DNA of 63,339 bases, the filler included, from Saprolegnia diclina VS20 (Eukaryota): NCBI RefSeq assembly GCF_000281045.1. It is 5 parts of 2 records of this genome, joined end to end, with 100 filler letters (N's around TTAATTAATTAA, not from the genome) between each part and the next. Parts side by side here need not be neighbours in the genome. Positions count along the whole stretch, not along the records: positions 1 to 18,552 come from NW_008246098.1; positions 18,653 to 35,921 come from NW_008246098.1; 3 more parts are not named here. The stretch is one strand, 5' to 3'. Below are positions 11,434 through 23,631 of the stretch, one piece after another; position 1 is the first letter of the stretch; each line of letters begins with the position of its first letter. The position numbers and the translations under genes are program-made. The notes beneath the pieces are model-generated. The model ran no database searches. It saw only the letters and a program-made list of their open reading frames with translations, and was not told the origin of the DNA.

Positions 11434-14400
11434 ATGCCGGCCACGACGACCAAGCCGCTGCACCTGCGCTGCCTCGCGCTCGCCGACAAGCGGTCGTGGC
11501 ACTACACGCTCCTGACTGTCCTCGTCCTCGACTTTACCGCCAACTGCCTCGCGGTCGCGGCCACGACCACCGAAACGTACGCCGACATTGGCCTGTACCT
11601 CCGGCTCGCGTCGACGGCCTGCCTCGGGCTGCAGCTGGTCGACCTCGTGCTGCGCCTATTTGGCCTCCAAGGCGGGCTTTGCAAGTCGTTCGCCAACATG
11701 GCTGACCTCGCCGTCTACCTCTGCCTCTGCGGCTGTCTTGGCGCGCGGTACATCTTTGCCGACAACTTGGCAACCGCCAAGATCCTCAAGGACGGCTTCA
11801 CCAACCATTGGAAGGTCAAGACCAAGTACAAGCTCGACCAGATCGAAAGCTACATCGCAGTCGGCTACTGTATGCTCGTGACGCTTCGCATTCTGCTCAA
11901 GCCACAGGCGCGCACGTACTCCAAGACGCTGCACCGGTCGCCCAAGCCGGACCGGATCCTCATTCAGTCGCTCCGCGCGTCGATTCGCCTCTTGCCGCAA
12001 ATCACTGCCGTACAGTCGTCGCATACGGTTGCTTTGGTTTTGACACGGATGTAGGCGGCGGTCGAGAGCATGGAGATGGAGCTGCGCAAGGTCTGCGGTG
12101 CCGAAGACGGCTGGATGCTGCCCGAGGCCTTTATGGTCTTCATTGAGCGCGCGTACAAGCACCGACCGTCGCGCATGACAACCACCGCCTTCCTCGAGCA
12201 CTTTCAACAAGTGCAGATGGTCGACCACCAAACGACCACGTACGGCATGCGCCACGTCATGGCCTCGACGCTGCGTCACTGGTATATTCTATTTTCCAAA
12301 ATTATCATTTTAGACTCGAATCTTTTTCGATGGCATGTCTCATAGCTCTGCGGTAGGGGCAACCAAAAGCTGTTTCTGGTGTGCACGATGTTTGTCGTGG
12401 GGGTGGCCGCGTCGATTGTACCGCTGCTCGCGTACTTGCTTCAGTACATTACGGACCGCGCTTTTCCCTCCTACGTTGTCAAGCGCATGACTCAAGATCA
12501 GATCGACTTTATGTACGATTCGGGGTTTCAGTCGCTGTACATCACGACGTACTCGAAAAATATTACGTCCGACGACAACGGGAAGGAAGTGATTCTCGAT
12601 TTCTACGACAAGGACGCGCTCGTGATGGGCGTCATTGGCCTCATGGCGATCTGCGTCCCGTTTATCGCTGCCGACTACGCCATGGGTATATCTTTGATTT
12701 TAGTCGATTTTAGTCGATTTATTTATCGATAGTTGGACTAGGTTTTTTCCAGTCCAAACTCATTTCGCGCGCGACCAAGCACCTCCAAACGTCACTGCTG
12801 CGTGTCATTTTGCAGCAGCCGTCGAGTTTCTTCCACGACCGGTCCGAAGGCGACCTCAACAACCTCTTCCAAGCCGACATTGCGCGCGTCAACGCCATGT
12901 GGCAAGCCGTGTTTTGGGTACTGCTCGTTTTGTGTGTATCAATGTATCAAGGCGGACGGTGCGTAGAACTTTCTGAATCCTGTCGTGTCGATCTCGGTCG
13001 GGTTTATCTACTTGATGACGCTCGAGCCGATCATTGGCAGCTTGGCGTTTGCATTTGCGATCATCATTGTGACGTCGGGCCCGCAAGGCCGCGCCGGTGC
13101 GTTGTTGTATGCATGTCGAAATGTGAATCTGAATCTGAATGTAGGCAAGCGATCGCAGTACTTTGGGTCGCAGAACGCCCACGTCGCGGCCGATGTGCAG
13201 AATGCGATCGCGTGCAACAAGGTCGCGTATCTGTTTTTACCAGATGTCTGACAACGGGAGTCTAGGTGGTCCACGCGTACGAGATCCAGGCGCCGATTCT
13301 GGCCAAGTTTGGTGCGAGCTTTGGGACACTCCGGAGTGCGCAGTTTGCCAAGGACTTCTGGAGCGGCATCGTCCAGATCTACATTGAGTCGGCCATGTTT
13401 GTGTTTGTGATGGTCATGACCATCTGCCTCGGCATCAAGGTCTCCCTAGTCGTCTTGTGGACAGATTGTCAAATGGATTCTGGTAGACGTACCGCGGGGA
13501 TATCACGTCGGGTGAGTTTTTCGCCTGTCTGACGCTGCTCAACCGCATCTCGACGCCGGTGACGGTGCTCGGCGGCTTTATGCGCGTCGCGATCGGCAAC
13601 GCGTCGAGTCTCCAGCGCCTCGACGAGATTCTGGTCCAGGTATATATATATACCTTTATCCCTACCCCTCGAGACTAACAAATATTGAAAAACAATTAGG
13701 CGGACAAGACGGCCAAGCAGCTCCAGCAGTCGGACATGACGCTGCCAGAGCTGCCCAAGATGCAGCACGCGCTCACGGTCGACCATGTCTCGTTCAAGTA
13801 CGACGCCGAGAGTCCGCACTGGATCCTCAAGGACGTGAGCGCGCTCTTCAAAAAGGTATTCCCCAACAAACATTTGTTTCATAATTATATATAAAATGGA
13901 CTAGGGCGAGTACGCGTGCATTGTGGGTCCGAGTGGCTGCGGCAAGAGCACGCTCCTCGGCTGCCTCATGCAGTTTTACCCGATCTCGGCCGGCACGCTG
14001 CGCCTCGACTCGTACGACACGCAACACTACTCAAAGGCGAGTCTCGCCGACCAGACCGCGGTCGTGTTTCAAGACGGCGGTGTTCTCAACGGCTCGATCC
14101 TCGACAACATTGCGTACGCTCTTCCTCTCTCTACTGTTACATGGCCTTTACGATGCATGTGGGTAGGTATGGTCGGGACGGCGCGACCCGTGAAATGTGC
14201 TTGGAAGCCGCCAAGCTGGCCGAGTGCCACGTCTTTGTGGACGGTCTCAAGGACGGCTACGACACGATCATTGGGCAGCACGCGGTCGTCAACCTCAGTG
14301 GCGGCCAGATCCAGCGCATTTGTCTGGCCCGCGCACTCGTGCGGCAGCCGAGGTATATATTTTTCGATCTTTTTGGTTGATACACTGATACACTGCTACT

Positions 14401-15054
14401 TGTAGTCTGCTCTTGCTCGACGAAGCCACGAGTGCACTGGACCCGGAGACCGAAGCCAGCATTGTGCAGACGCTCGAGAAGCTCGTGCGCTCACTGCACA
14501 TGACGGTACACATTTCATTTCTGCGTTTGGAGTTATAGAGGATTTATCCATGTCGTTTGGTCTAGATTATCTCGGTCACGCATCGCATTGCGACGACGCA
14601 GAACGCGGACGCGATCTTTGTCATGCAGAACGGCGAGATTGTCGAGCAGGGCACGTACAACGAGGTAACGTTGCGTGGTTCTAGTCTGGACAAGGGTTTA
14701 GGGTTCATTCGTGTAGCTGCTCTTCAAGCCCAACTCGGTGTTTGGAGAGCTCGCCAAGACCAAGGAGTCGCAAAAGCCCGATCGCTTCATCCGGTTTGGC
14801 TCCCGGGCGTCCATGGGTGGCGACGCATCGACGACGTTTGCCGCTTTGGAGCGTCTGGCGCGCGGCCTTGAGAACCGCAGTGTACACTATTGTCGATGCT
14901 ATGGTGAACATCATATGACAATATTGCATAGATGATGGAGCGGTCGCGCACCGGTAGCCACACGCCAGGTCGGATTCGGTCCCAGAACGGCAGCCAGCTC
15001 CGCGGCACGAACCTCGAAGTGAGCACGCCAATGCTCGAGCCTGTGGTAGGATGA
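11434..15054 (+). CDS. ABCB-type half ABC transporter with N-terminal voltage-sensor-like domain and EF-hand-like segment (copy 2, complete, multi-exon)
   Basis: N-term WHYTLLTVLVLDF / LQLVDLVLR / NMADLAVYL / TLRILLKPQAR; CGAEDGWMLPEAFMVF; six TMD helices; Walker A GPSGCGKST, LSGGQ, LLLLDEATSALD, SVTHR; predicted stop TGA 15052-15054. Confidence 0.9.
12648..14757 (+). repeat. Right arm of ~2.1 kb near-identical inverted repeat (partner 6275-8352)
   Basis: Identity starts in the second TMD helix (gcgatctgcgtccc) and ends at gagctcgccaa after the NBD. Confidence 0.9.
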
Positions 15055-15264
15055 CGTGTGGGATTTTCAAATTGTATAAATGTCTATCGATCATAGGGCG
15101 GGAACCTGCGCTACATGCGGACCGAGTCGTCCCAAGACACGTCGGTGCCGATTCACATGGGGCGCCAGCCAAAGGACAACGACGGCAGCTACATTGTGCT
15201 ATAAGCGCGCCTTCCGTCGGCCTAGTGCCCTTTTTCTATCTCCGCTAACACGAATTATGTTTGC

Positions 15265-15520
15265 ATCAACTTTTGTCCCGACGGCTTGCACTCCTCTGTC
15301 GGTGGTCCGAGTACAGGAGCCTGCGTACGACCTCGCGCGAGCTCTGACTCGGCGAGTGGGGTCCACCACGGGATGGATCTCTCCGTACGCAGCTCACTCC
15401 CAACGACCAAGAGCTCGTGCCGACTCCCACGCCTTCAGGCGTTGCGCTACGTATGCAAAGTCTTTGTGTAATTATGGAGATAACGCGGAACACGTTCATA
15501 TATATATATCAACTTTTGTC
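15265..15520 (+). mobile_element. 5'-truncated non-LTR retroposon/SINE-like insertion (body 15278-15507) with 13-bp TSD
   Basis: TSD atcaacttttgtc at 15265-15277 and 15508-15520; (TA)n 3' tail; 3' ~150 bp shared with 31756-31908. Confidence 0.85.
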
Positions 15521-15932
15521 GCTATTTTTTGTCGGCCGATCGTGCTAACTCGTCGAGTTTGCATTCAGCGCATCTCGCCTCGCTATTTTGTGACCTCATA
15601 AATAGTTGTTCTGAACCCCTTCGTCTAGTTGTCTCCGTAGCTCTTGTATAGTAATGGTCTCTGGCACGTGAATACCTGTTGCGTCGTCCGGCGAAGATGC
15701 GATGTGGCAAGCCATGGCAGGAGGCTGCCACGTAGGGCTCCAAAAATGCATTGCTAGAGGTTTTAAACCCAAAAAGTAAGTCCCCCTACTGGTTTCGAAG
15801 GACCTCTTTATCGAAACAAAGAGGTTTTATGGACCCTGCTTTTGTGCGAATGGACCGGTACCACCCCCATGGAGCGGTTGCCAGTGACGGCCTGGGACAC
15901 TTCAACGTCGCCAGCGCGGACGCAAGAGCAGC

Positions 15933-18035
15933 ATGCGCGACGCCAAGCTCTTCAACGGTACGTCTACCTCATCGGAGGCGCTGCGCTCATCACCCCATGG
16001 CACCTTAGACCAGGTTCACGGCTACATCCGCATGAGCCCGACGTGCGTCTCGATCATCGACACGCCGCAGTTCCAGCGGCTTCGCGACTTGAAGCAGCTC
16101 GGTACGCCGCCTTCTCGATCGCCGCCTGTAGCCTTGCGCTAGGCACGCTCTACTATGTCTTTCCCGGTGCGAGCCACAATCGGTTCGAGCACTCGCTCGG
16201 CGTGGCGCACCTCGCCGGCGAGACTGTCGCCCGCTTCCAGTCGACGCAGCCCGAGCTCGACCTCTCGGCGCGGGACATTGATCTGCTCGTACGAACAACG
16301 GATGCCCGCTAACATACTGATATGTGCGCGATGTAGAGCGTGGCCGGCCTCGCCCACGACCTGGGCCATGGACCCTTCTCGCACGTCTTTGACGCCGAGT
16401 TTATGCCAGCCGTACGCCCGGGCTCCGACTACACGCACGAGGCCATGTCACTGCGCATGTTTGAGTTCCTCATCGACGACAACCATATTGACATGGAGCG
16501 CAATGACATGCGCTTTGTCCAAGAGCTCATCAACGGCGCCAAGGCGTCCGTCGCTCAACATGGAAAATGCTGATGCTCACATGCGGCTGGCGTAGCGTGC
16601 ACGGCAACACCAAGCGCCTCGATGACCGCGGCTACTTGTACGAGATTGTGGCCAACGGCCGCAACTGCATTGACGTCGACAAGTTTGACTACCTCGCCCG
16701 CGGTAGGCCCCGCTTCGATCCTCGTGGGCTTTTTTATTTTTATTTTTTTGAATTTTGCGTAGACATGCAAAACCTCTTTGGCGGCAAGAAGGGCTACAAC
16801 TACAGCCGTCTCTGGCACTACAACCGCGTGATTGACAACGAAATTTGCTACCATGCGTCGGTCACGTCGGACATTTACGAGCTGTTTGACCAAAGATACT
16901 ACATGCACAAGCAGGTCTCAAACTTTGGACGTGGATCTCAACGTCAATCTCAACTTTAAAATGGTGTAGATTTATGGACACCGCAAGGGCAAGGCCGTCG
17001 AGTACATGATGTGCGACGCCATGGTCTTGGCCGGTACGTCTTGTATTCCTATGTATATATTGGACAAAATGTGTCCATGCAAAACGCAAAATTCACGTTT
17101 TGATCCTTTTTTATAGACAAGACGCTGGGTATTTCAGCGTCGACCGAGTCACCCGAAGACTTTCAGTACATGACCGACCACATCGTCAAGATGGTAGGAC
17201 GCTCATTTGATTCGTTTGTGAGATGTGACGCTCGCGCGTCATTAGATTGAGTGCTCCAAGGACCCGGCGCTCCAGGCGGCGCGCGACATTGTCCGCCGCA
17301 TCCGTCGCCGCGAGCTCTACGAGTTTGTCGACGAGTACCTCGTGCCATCGACGCTCACAAACGCGATTCCCAAGGTCAGTTTTCAAATTTGCCTATCGCT
17401 TGCAACTCAAATTATTGGTTTGAAATCAGGTGCGACCGGCCGATATTGCGTGTGCTGGCAACGCGTCGGGCATCGACTTGAACGTCGATGACATTATTGT
17501 CTACGACGGCAAGCTCAACTACAACCTCAAGGTACCGTATCCATCTCGAAATGGCGCTACCCTAGCCCTACCCTACCCGCGACGAATACTCAAAGCGGTT
17601 TTAGGACAAGAACCCCGTGGACATGGTGTCATTTTACACGTCTTCCAATTACAACGGTATGTGTGTTGATGGGTGTATTAACATTTTGGTATGGACACGA
17701 TTCGTAGAGAAGTTTCACACGCCCAAGCAAGAAGTGAGCCTTCTCTTCCCGGAAAAGGTACGACACTATTTATCAAAAATGGCGATCTGGAGCTAGAATA
17801 TCGATTGTAGTTTGAAGAGCGCATTTTGCGCGTGTACAGCCGGACGAGTGACAAGGCGATCGAGCAAGCCATCTCGGTACCCTACTCGTTTAAATGACGT
17901 GAGCAAGAACTTGTTGTCGGAAATTAGGAGGCATTCCGAAACCACATTGCTCAATTTTCTCTCAAAGTCCCATTTTCGCCTGCGTCCAAGGTCTCAATGC
18001 ACGAATTTGAGTGGAAAAACTCAATTCAAGAGTAG
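15933..18035 (+). CDS. SAMHD1-like HD-domain dNTP triphosphohydrolase, no SAM domain seen (many short introns; both ends approximate)
   Basis: Spliced [99 protein letters not shown]. Confidence 0.92.
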
Positions 18036-19031
18036 ATTGGCGGGCCAAAGCGAACGGACCTTCCTCGTCTCCCGCCGTCCGCTCGAAGTAGACACAAATG
18101 ATGGTAGCCCAAACGTATCCTCATCATTATAATTGTGTAGAGCTCCACCTCGACGACGAGTCGGCGGGCTGCACCAAGCGGCTCAAGGTGCAGATCCCGG
18201 AGTAACTTTGCGATTCGCCTGCATGACGTGGCAACGCGAGACGCCGCTTTGATAATGCTTTTTAATGCTTGAAATGCAAAACGTTGTGATGCACTGCGTG
18301 CAAGCGTTGCCAGACAGTTGGCTTCCTGCACGTACCTTTCTCGGCGAACTGTTGTACATAATTGTCGTCGCGACGCCGTTATCGCTCCGCTGGTATCGCC
18401 CAAGAGCAGACCACTTGTTTCGCTCGGTATGTACTTTCTAAGCGAATACCAAGGCGCGTTTTCGTGTCAACAAGGGACACTCGTCCTAGCTTCAAGGAAG
18501 CAAATGCTACGCCTCGCCGCTTTCCTCAGTCACAGGTTGCACCATTGGTATGNNNNNNNNNNNNNNNNNNNNNNNNNNNNNNNNNNNNNNNNNNNNTTAA
18601 TTAATTAANNNNNNNNNNNNNNNNNNNNNNNNNNNNNNNNNNNNNNNNNNNNTCTGGTGTTTCACGTTTTGGTTGTTGCCAAGAGCGGAATCGGTCACAC
18701 CATCTCGAGAACGCACTCACTTGTATAGTCATAGCTCGCGCAAGGTCAACTGCGCAGGTAGTAGAAGAAGAAGAAGAAGAACTACGTTATTACACTTGCA
18801 AACTGGGTGGGGTACGTGGCGTCGTTTCGTGCGACTTGCGCGATCTTTTGGTCAAAGGTCGCGCCTTTCTCACCGCCATCGTGTGAGCGCTCATTCATAC
18901 AATTCAAATGCTTTATTATGCATACAAACATCCAGTACAGACACTCTAAAACCATTTAAATACCACTGAAATCGAAGAAGTCGAGTACGGATCGAAGATT
19001 ACGCAGTGGCGGTCGTGGCGCTACTTGCAGA

Positions 19032-22000
19032 ATGGACGACGAGGCCGACGTCGACACGCGGCTCCAGCAGACGCTTCTCAAGCAGCACGAAAACTACGCG
19101 CGGCAAAAGGAGCTTCTCCAAAAGCTCAAGCGGCACTCGTCCGACGCCGCACCACTGCGGCACAGCGCGATTCGACCGCCAACGCCGACACCGACGCCAG
19201 CACCAACGGACGTGCCGCCGCGCCTTGTACATAGCTTGGCCGAGAGCCATCACGAGACGCTCAACGACAACTTGCGCAAGCAACTCGAGCTCATTCGTCG
19301 ACTGGAACATGACAACAGCCGCCTGCGCGCCGAAGCGGCGTCGCTCCGAAGCCAAGTTGCGCTGCTTGACGAGCGGGCCAAGGTCAAGGACCTCGACTCT
19401 GCACGACGTGCGAATGAGCTCGAGAACGCAAACGAGCTAGTGACGACACTCCAGCGCGAGCGCGACGACGTCACCACGCGCAACACGCAGCTCAAAGGCT
19501 TGCTCACCAAGGCGGCCCGCGTCAAAGAGAGCTTGGAGGCCGAGCTCCGAGGTTCGTTGGAAGCGCAGCGCGCGCTCCACGAGCAAGTCCACACGCTCGA
19601 ATACAACGTCGAACAAGCAGTTTTGCGCGAACAGAGCAGTCAGCACCAGAGCCAGACGGCCGAGTCGCACCAGATCCGACTCCATGCCGCGATCCAGACG
19701 CTGCAGGACGAGTTGGCGCATGCGCAGACGTCGCTGGCCCACAAGACGGAGCAGTGCACGTCGATCCAAGCCTCGGCAAACGCGTGCGTCGCGCAGGTCG
19801 AGGCCAGTCTCCAAGCCGCCCAAGAGTCATTAACAAAAGAGGTCGAGAAGCGGCGGCAGTGGGAGAGCGCGTGCCACGCCGTGGAAGACCAGCTCGAAAC
19901 GCTCACAGCGCGGGACCATACGCACAAGGTCGCGCTTGAGACGCTGCGAGAGCTTCGCGAGCGCAACACGCTGCTGGAAGAAAAAGTGCCGTACTACAAC
20001 CAGCTTGAACTCGACAACAAGGACATGCACGGCAAGCTTCTCCACGCGCAGCGCGATCGGGAGGAGCAGGAGCGGAACATGGTGCAGCTCAAGCAAGGCA
20101 TTTGGCAAACGACCAACGTGCTGAAAAAAGAGATTGAAGCCATGCGACTGTACCTTCTCTCGATCGAAAACGACGCCGATGGCCTCGGTGTCGACGACGT
20201 GGACGTGGCGGTCGCGTCGTGGCACGAATGTCCGTCCGAAATCCAGGTACCCTACCCCTCCCCTACCCCTCGTCGATTTTTCATGATTTTCTCATGATGG
20301 GGCTAGCACTTGCGGACAATGCTGAGCCACTTCAAACACGACCTTGTACATGTGTCCAAGCAGCTGATTGCTGGTCGAGAGAACGAGCGCGCCTTGAGCG
20401 ACCAATGCAGCATCCTCTCGCACAAACTCGGCGAGTGCAAAGCCGAGATGAAGGACCTCTGCCGCGACGTCGAGCGACACAAGGAGGCATGTGCGGTCGC
20501 CGAGTCGGCCCGCGACCTCTCGATCCGCGAGAAGCGCGATCTCTTGCTCTGGAGTCGGGCTACGTGCCAGAAGACCGAGCGCATGGCGAGCGAGGTCGAG
20601 CAGTGGGAGCAGTTTACGCTGCAGCAGATCCACCGCATGCAGCGACTGCCGTGGCAGGACGCGTCGTCGACGACGCCAACGCTCGATCTGCAATACAAGA
20701 CGTACGCCGACTTGCGCCAGAGCTGGGAGGCAAGTCTCCAAATTCTGCTCCAAGAAGCGCACCAGTGCCATGTCAAGGCCAACCAAGAGACCCATCGGGC
20801 CAACAAGGAGGTCAAGAAGAAGCTCGAGGCAGTCAAGAAGCTCGACATGATCGAGACCGAGATGCAGCGCAAGCTGCACGAGAAGGACGTCGAGATGCAA
20901 GCGTGCCAGCTCCGTCACACCAACAGCATGCAGTCGCTTCAAGAGCAACACGCGTGTCTCTTGCGCGAAAACGACGGTCAAATCGCCGCACTTACACGGC
21001 AGTTTACCGAAGCGACGGACAAATGGACGCACGCCGAAGCGTCACGGCACCACCTCGAGCACCAGTTGGCGCGCCTCGAAGCCGACGCGCCCGTGTACCT
21101 CAGCATCGCGCACCTCTTCATTGTGAGCGTGCGGCCAATGGTCCTCCAGATCGCCGAGCTCCAAATGCAAAAGCGAATTCTGTCGCATCACATGCGGCAG
21201 CTCGAGAACCAGCACAAGGAAATTGAAGCGATTGCATCGCTCTTCCAGTCGACGACGCCCGTGCGGTCGCTGCTCGTGCGGTTTCGCGCGGCGGCGCTGG
21301 CGGTCTTTGCTTGCAACCGGCTTCGGCAAACAGCGTCGCACTCGTACGGCCGCAACGAAGCCCTCGGGATGGTCTTTCCACAGCAAATCGGTGTTGTCAA
21401 GCTCCTTGCTCTGCCGAGCGAGACGCAGCTGCGGGCCGGTGTCCAGCGACTGCATGCAAACGCTGCCTTTGCCGACAAGGTGGCCACGCTGAGCCAGTGC
21501 GGCTTGACCAAGCGATACCAACACCACAACTCGTACGGCCAGTCGCCGGTCGGCGAGGCGCTGCTCGAGGCCATGCACACGCTGGACCCGACCGGCGTCC
21601 AAGTCGTGCAGAACGTACTCCAAGGCCATGCGAGCTTTCTGTGCGATTTACGCCCGGTGCGGCATGCGATGACGCACACTGTGGCGATCGACGTCCACCG
21701 CATTCGCCGGGAAGTCCTCGAGTGGATGAAGAAGGTCGAGCAGCTCCAGTTCCAGCGCAATGCGCTCCAGAAGGAGAATTACGCGCTTCAAAACGCTGTC
21801 CAAGACAAGGATTACCAACTCAAGGAGCTCGAAGTGCTGAACGCCAACACGGCCGAGCTCAAACAAAAGCTCGCAATGTACCAGACCCACGACGGCCACA
21901 GTACGTTGCGTACCGTGATGCATTTTTGCTTTTTCATGTGGGTGTACTTTTTACGTTTATTTTCGACTTTTCACGGTTCATTTCGACTTTGCACTTTGAC

Positions 22001-22836
22001 TTTGCACTTGAAGACCAAAGTGCATTTTGAACGATGTGCACTCAACGACGATGTGTCTACTAGGTATCACGGTGCGCGAATTCGAGCTCTGCGTCCAAGA
22101 ATGCAAGCAAGCTGAGCACCAAGTGACGTTGCTCGAGTCGACAGTCGCCGAGTCCAAGCTGTTGATCAAGGACCTCGAGGCGCAACTCAACGCAACGACG
22201 GACCGAAGCAAGACACTGGAAGATCAACTCAACAACGCGCGCCATGCGCTTCTCGAAGAGGAAGACACGGTGCTCAATCTCAAAAGCGTCATCGCCCGCT
22301 ACGAGAAGGAGCTCAAGAAGCTTCAGGTGGCTGCGCAGAGTGTCCACACGCAGTTTCAGCAGCGCTGCTCCGAAGCCGAAGTCGACAAGGTCGAGCTCAA
22401 CGCACTCGCCGCCATGCTCCACGAGACGCAGCGTAAGAACGAGTCGCTCGAAGCCGAGCTCAAAGTCATCCAGCACGACCTCTTGGATGCCAAGGATGCG
22501 CCGCGCGAGTCTCTGCAGCAGCAATATCACCGCGACCAGCACAGTGCTTCGTACCTCCTCGTGCCACCGGTGCCCCACGCCGAGTACAAGCCGCGCCGGT
22601 CGTTCCACTCGAGTGGCGCATCGTCGATTGCGGACTCGGCGCCGCGGCATCGATCCCGCGTGCTCGAGAAGATGCATATGACCGACTTGGAGGATGACGC
22701 CAAGGTGTCGATGGACCTCGAGAAGGTCAACCTCGCGGTACACAGCTACATGGAGCGCATCGATAAGAAGCTCCAGTCCATGTACGGCATCCCTGAAAGT
22801 GGCAAGTGGCGCGACTATAAGCTTCAGGACGCGTAG
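19032..22836 (+). CDS. Long coiled-coil protein, CCDC171-like (about 3 exons)
   Basis: Three long heptad-rich ORFs joined by GT-AG introns (~20247-20308, ~21911-22062); RFRAAALAVFACNRL resembles my recollection of a conserved CCDC171 segment. Confidence 0.75.
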
Positions 22837-23631
22837 ATTTGTTCAATGATGTCAATGGGCAACAATAGAGGACATTATGTGTTATCAAGTCGAGTGTTTG
22901 AAAAACAAGGCCAGTGAAATGGAAGATCGAGATACACACGTCGTTCCTTTGGTGGATTTGTCACTAGTACATTGATAATCTGCGCGACTGCAAAGCTGCT
23001 CATTGAGCTAATGGGTCTAGGAGCTAGTCGATTGCAACTAGCAGCGCCGGTCTCTTCCCTTATTTTTCATTTCATTCTTGCAATGTGTACACCTCTTCAA
23101 CTCTTGCGATGGAGTCCATATTCTTTCATGTTAAAGTTGAGCTCACATTCAAATGTCCACCGACCCACGGCGAGTTCAGCCTGTGCGCCCACGCAGCGAG
23201 ACGTGCGAGCCAAAGCTTATGTGGACCGTCCACGCACCCTAACTACACCCGCATTAAGCGCAAAACCAAGTACACAATGAGCCGTGTACTGCTTCGGTGA
23301 GATTGGCATCGCGCTTGGATACTATCCAACGACTGTTCATACCTACTATCGATTGACACGAGTCCAAAGTAAGATCTTATTGCACCTCACTCTAGCCATC
23401 GGTGCTCTACGAATAGCTATAGAAAGCCTTGCATGAGCTCGAGCTACCATCTTGTAGTCCGAAGCCTCCAGAAGCAAGGCTCTGCGTCCATTGGTGAATC
23501 ATGGGTTGAGAACGCTGAGGTCGTACAACAAGCAGCTGATACATAGCACATGACACATTGTGAAACTAGATCGAAGTGTGTATAACTTTAGCACAACCAC
23601 GGTACACAAGAAATCATGAGCACTCTACGAC

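Noticed and set aside
18597..18608. TTAATTAATTAA flanked by N runs (also at ~35966, ~46093, ~61358)
   Set aside because: Identical six-frame-stop linker inside ~100-bp N spacers; an assembly artefact, not a biological repeat.
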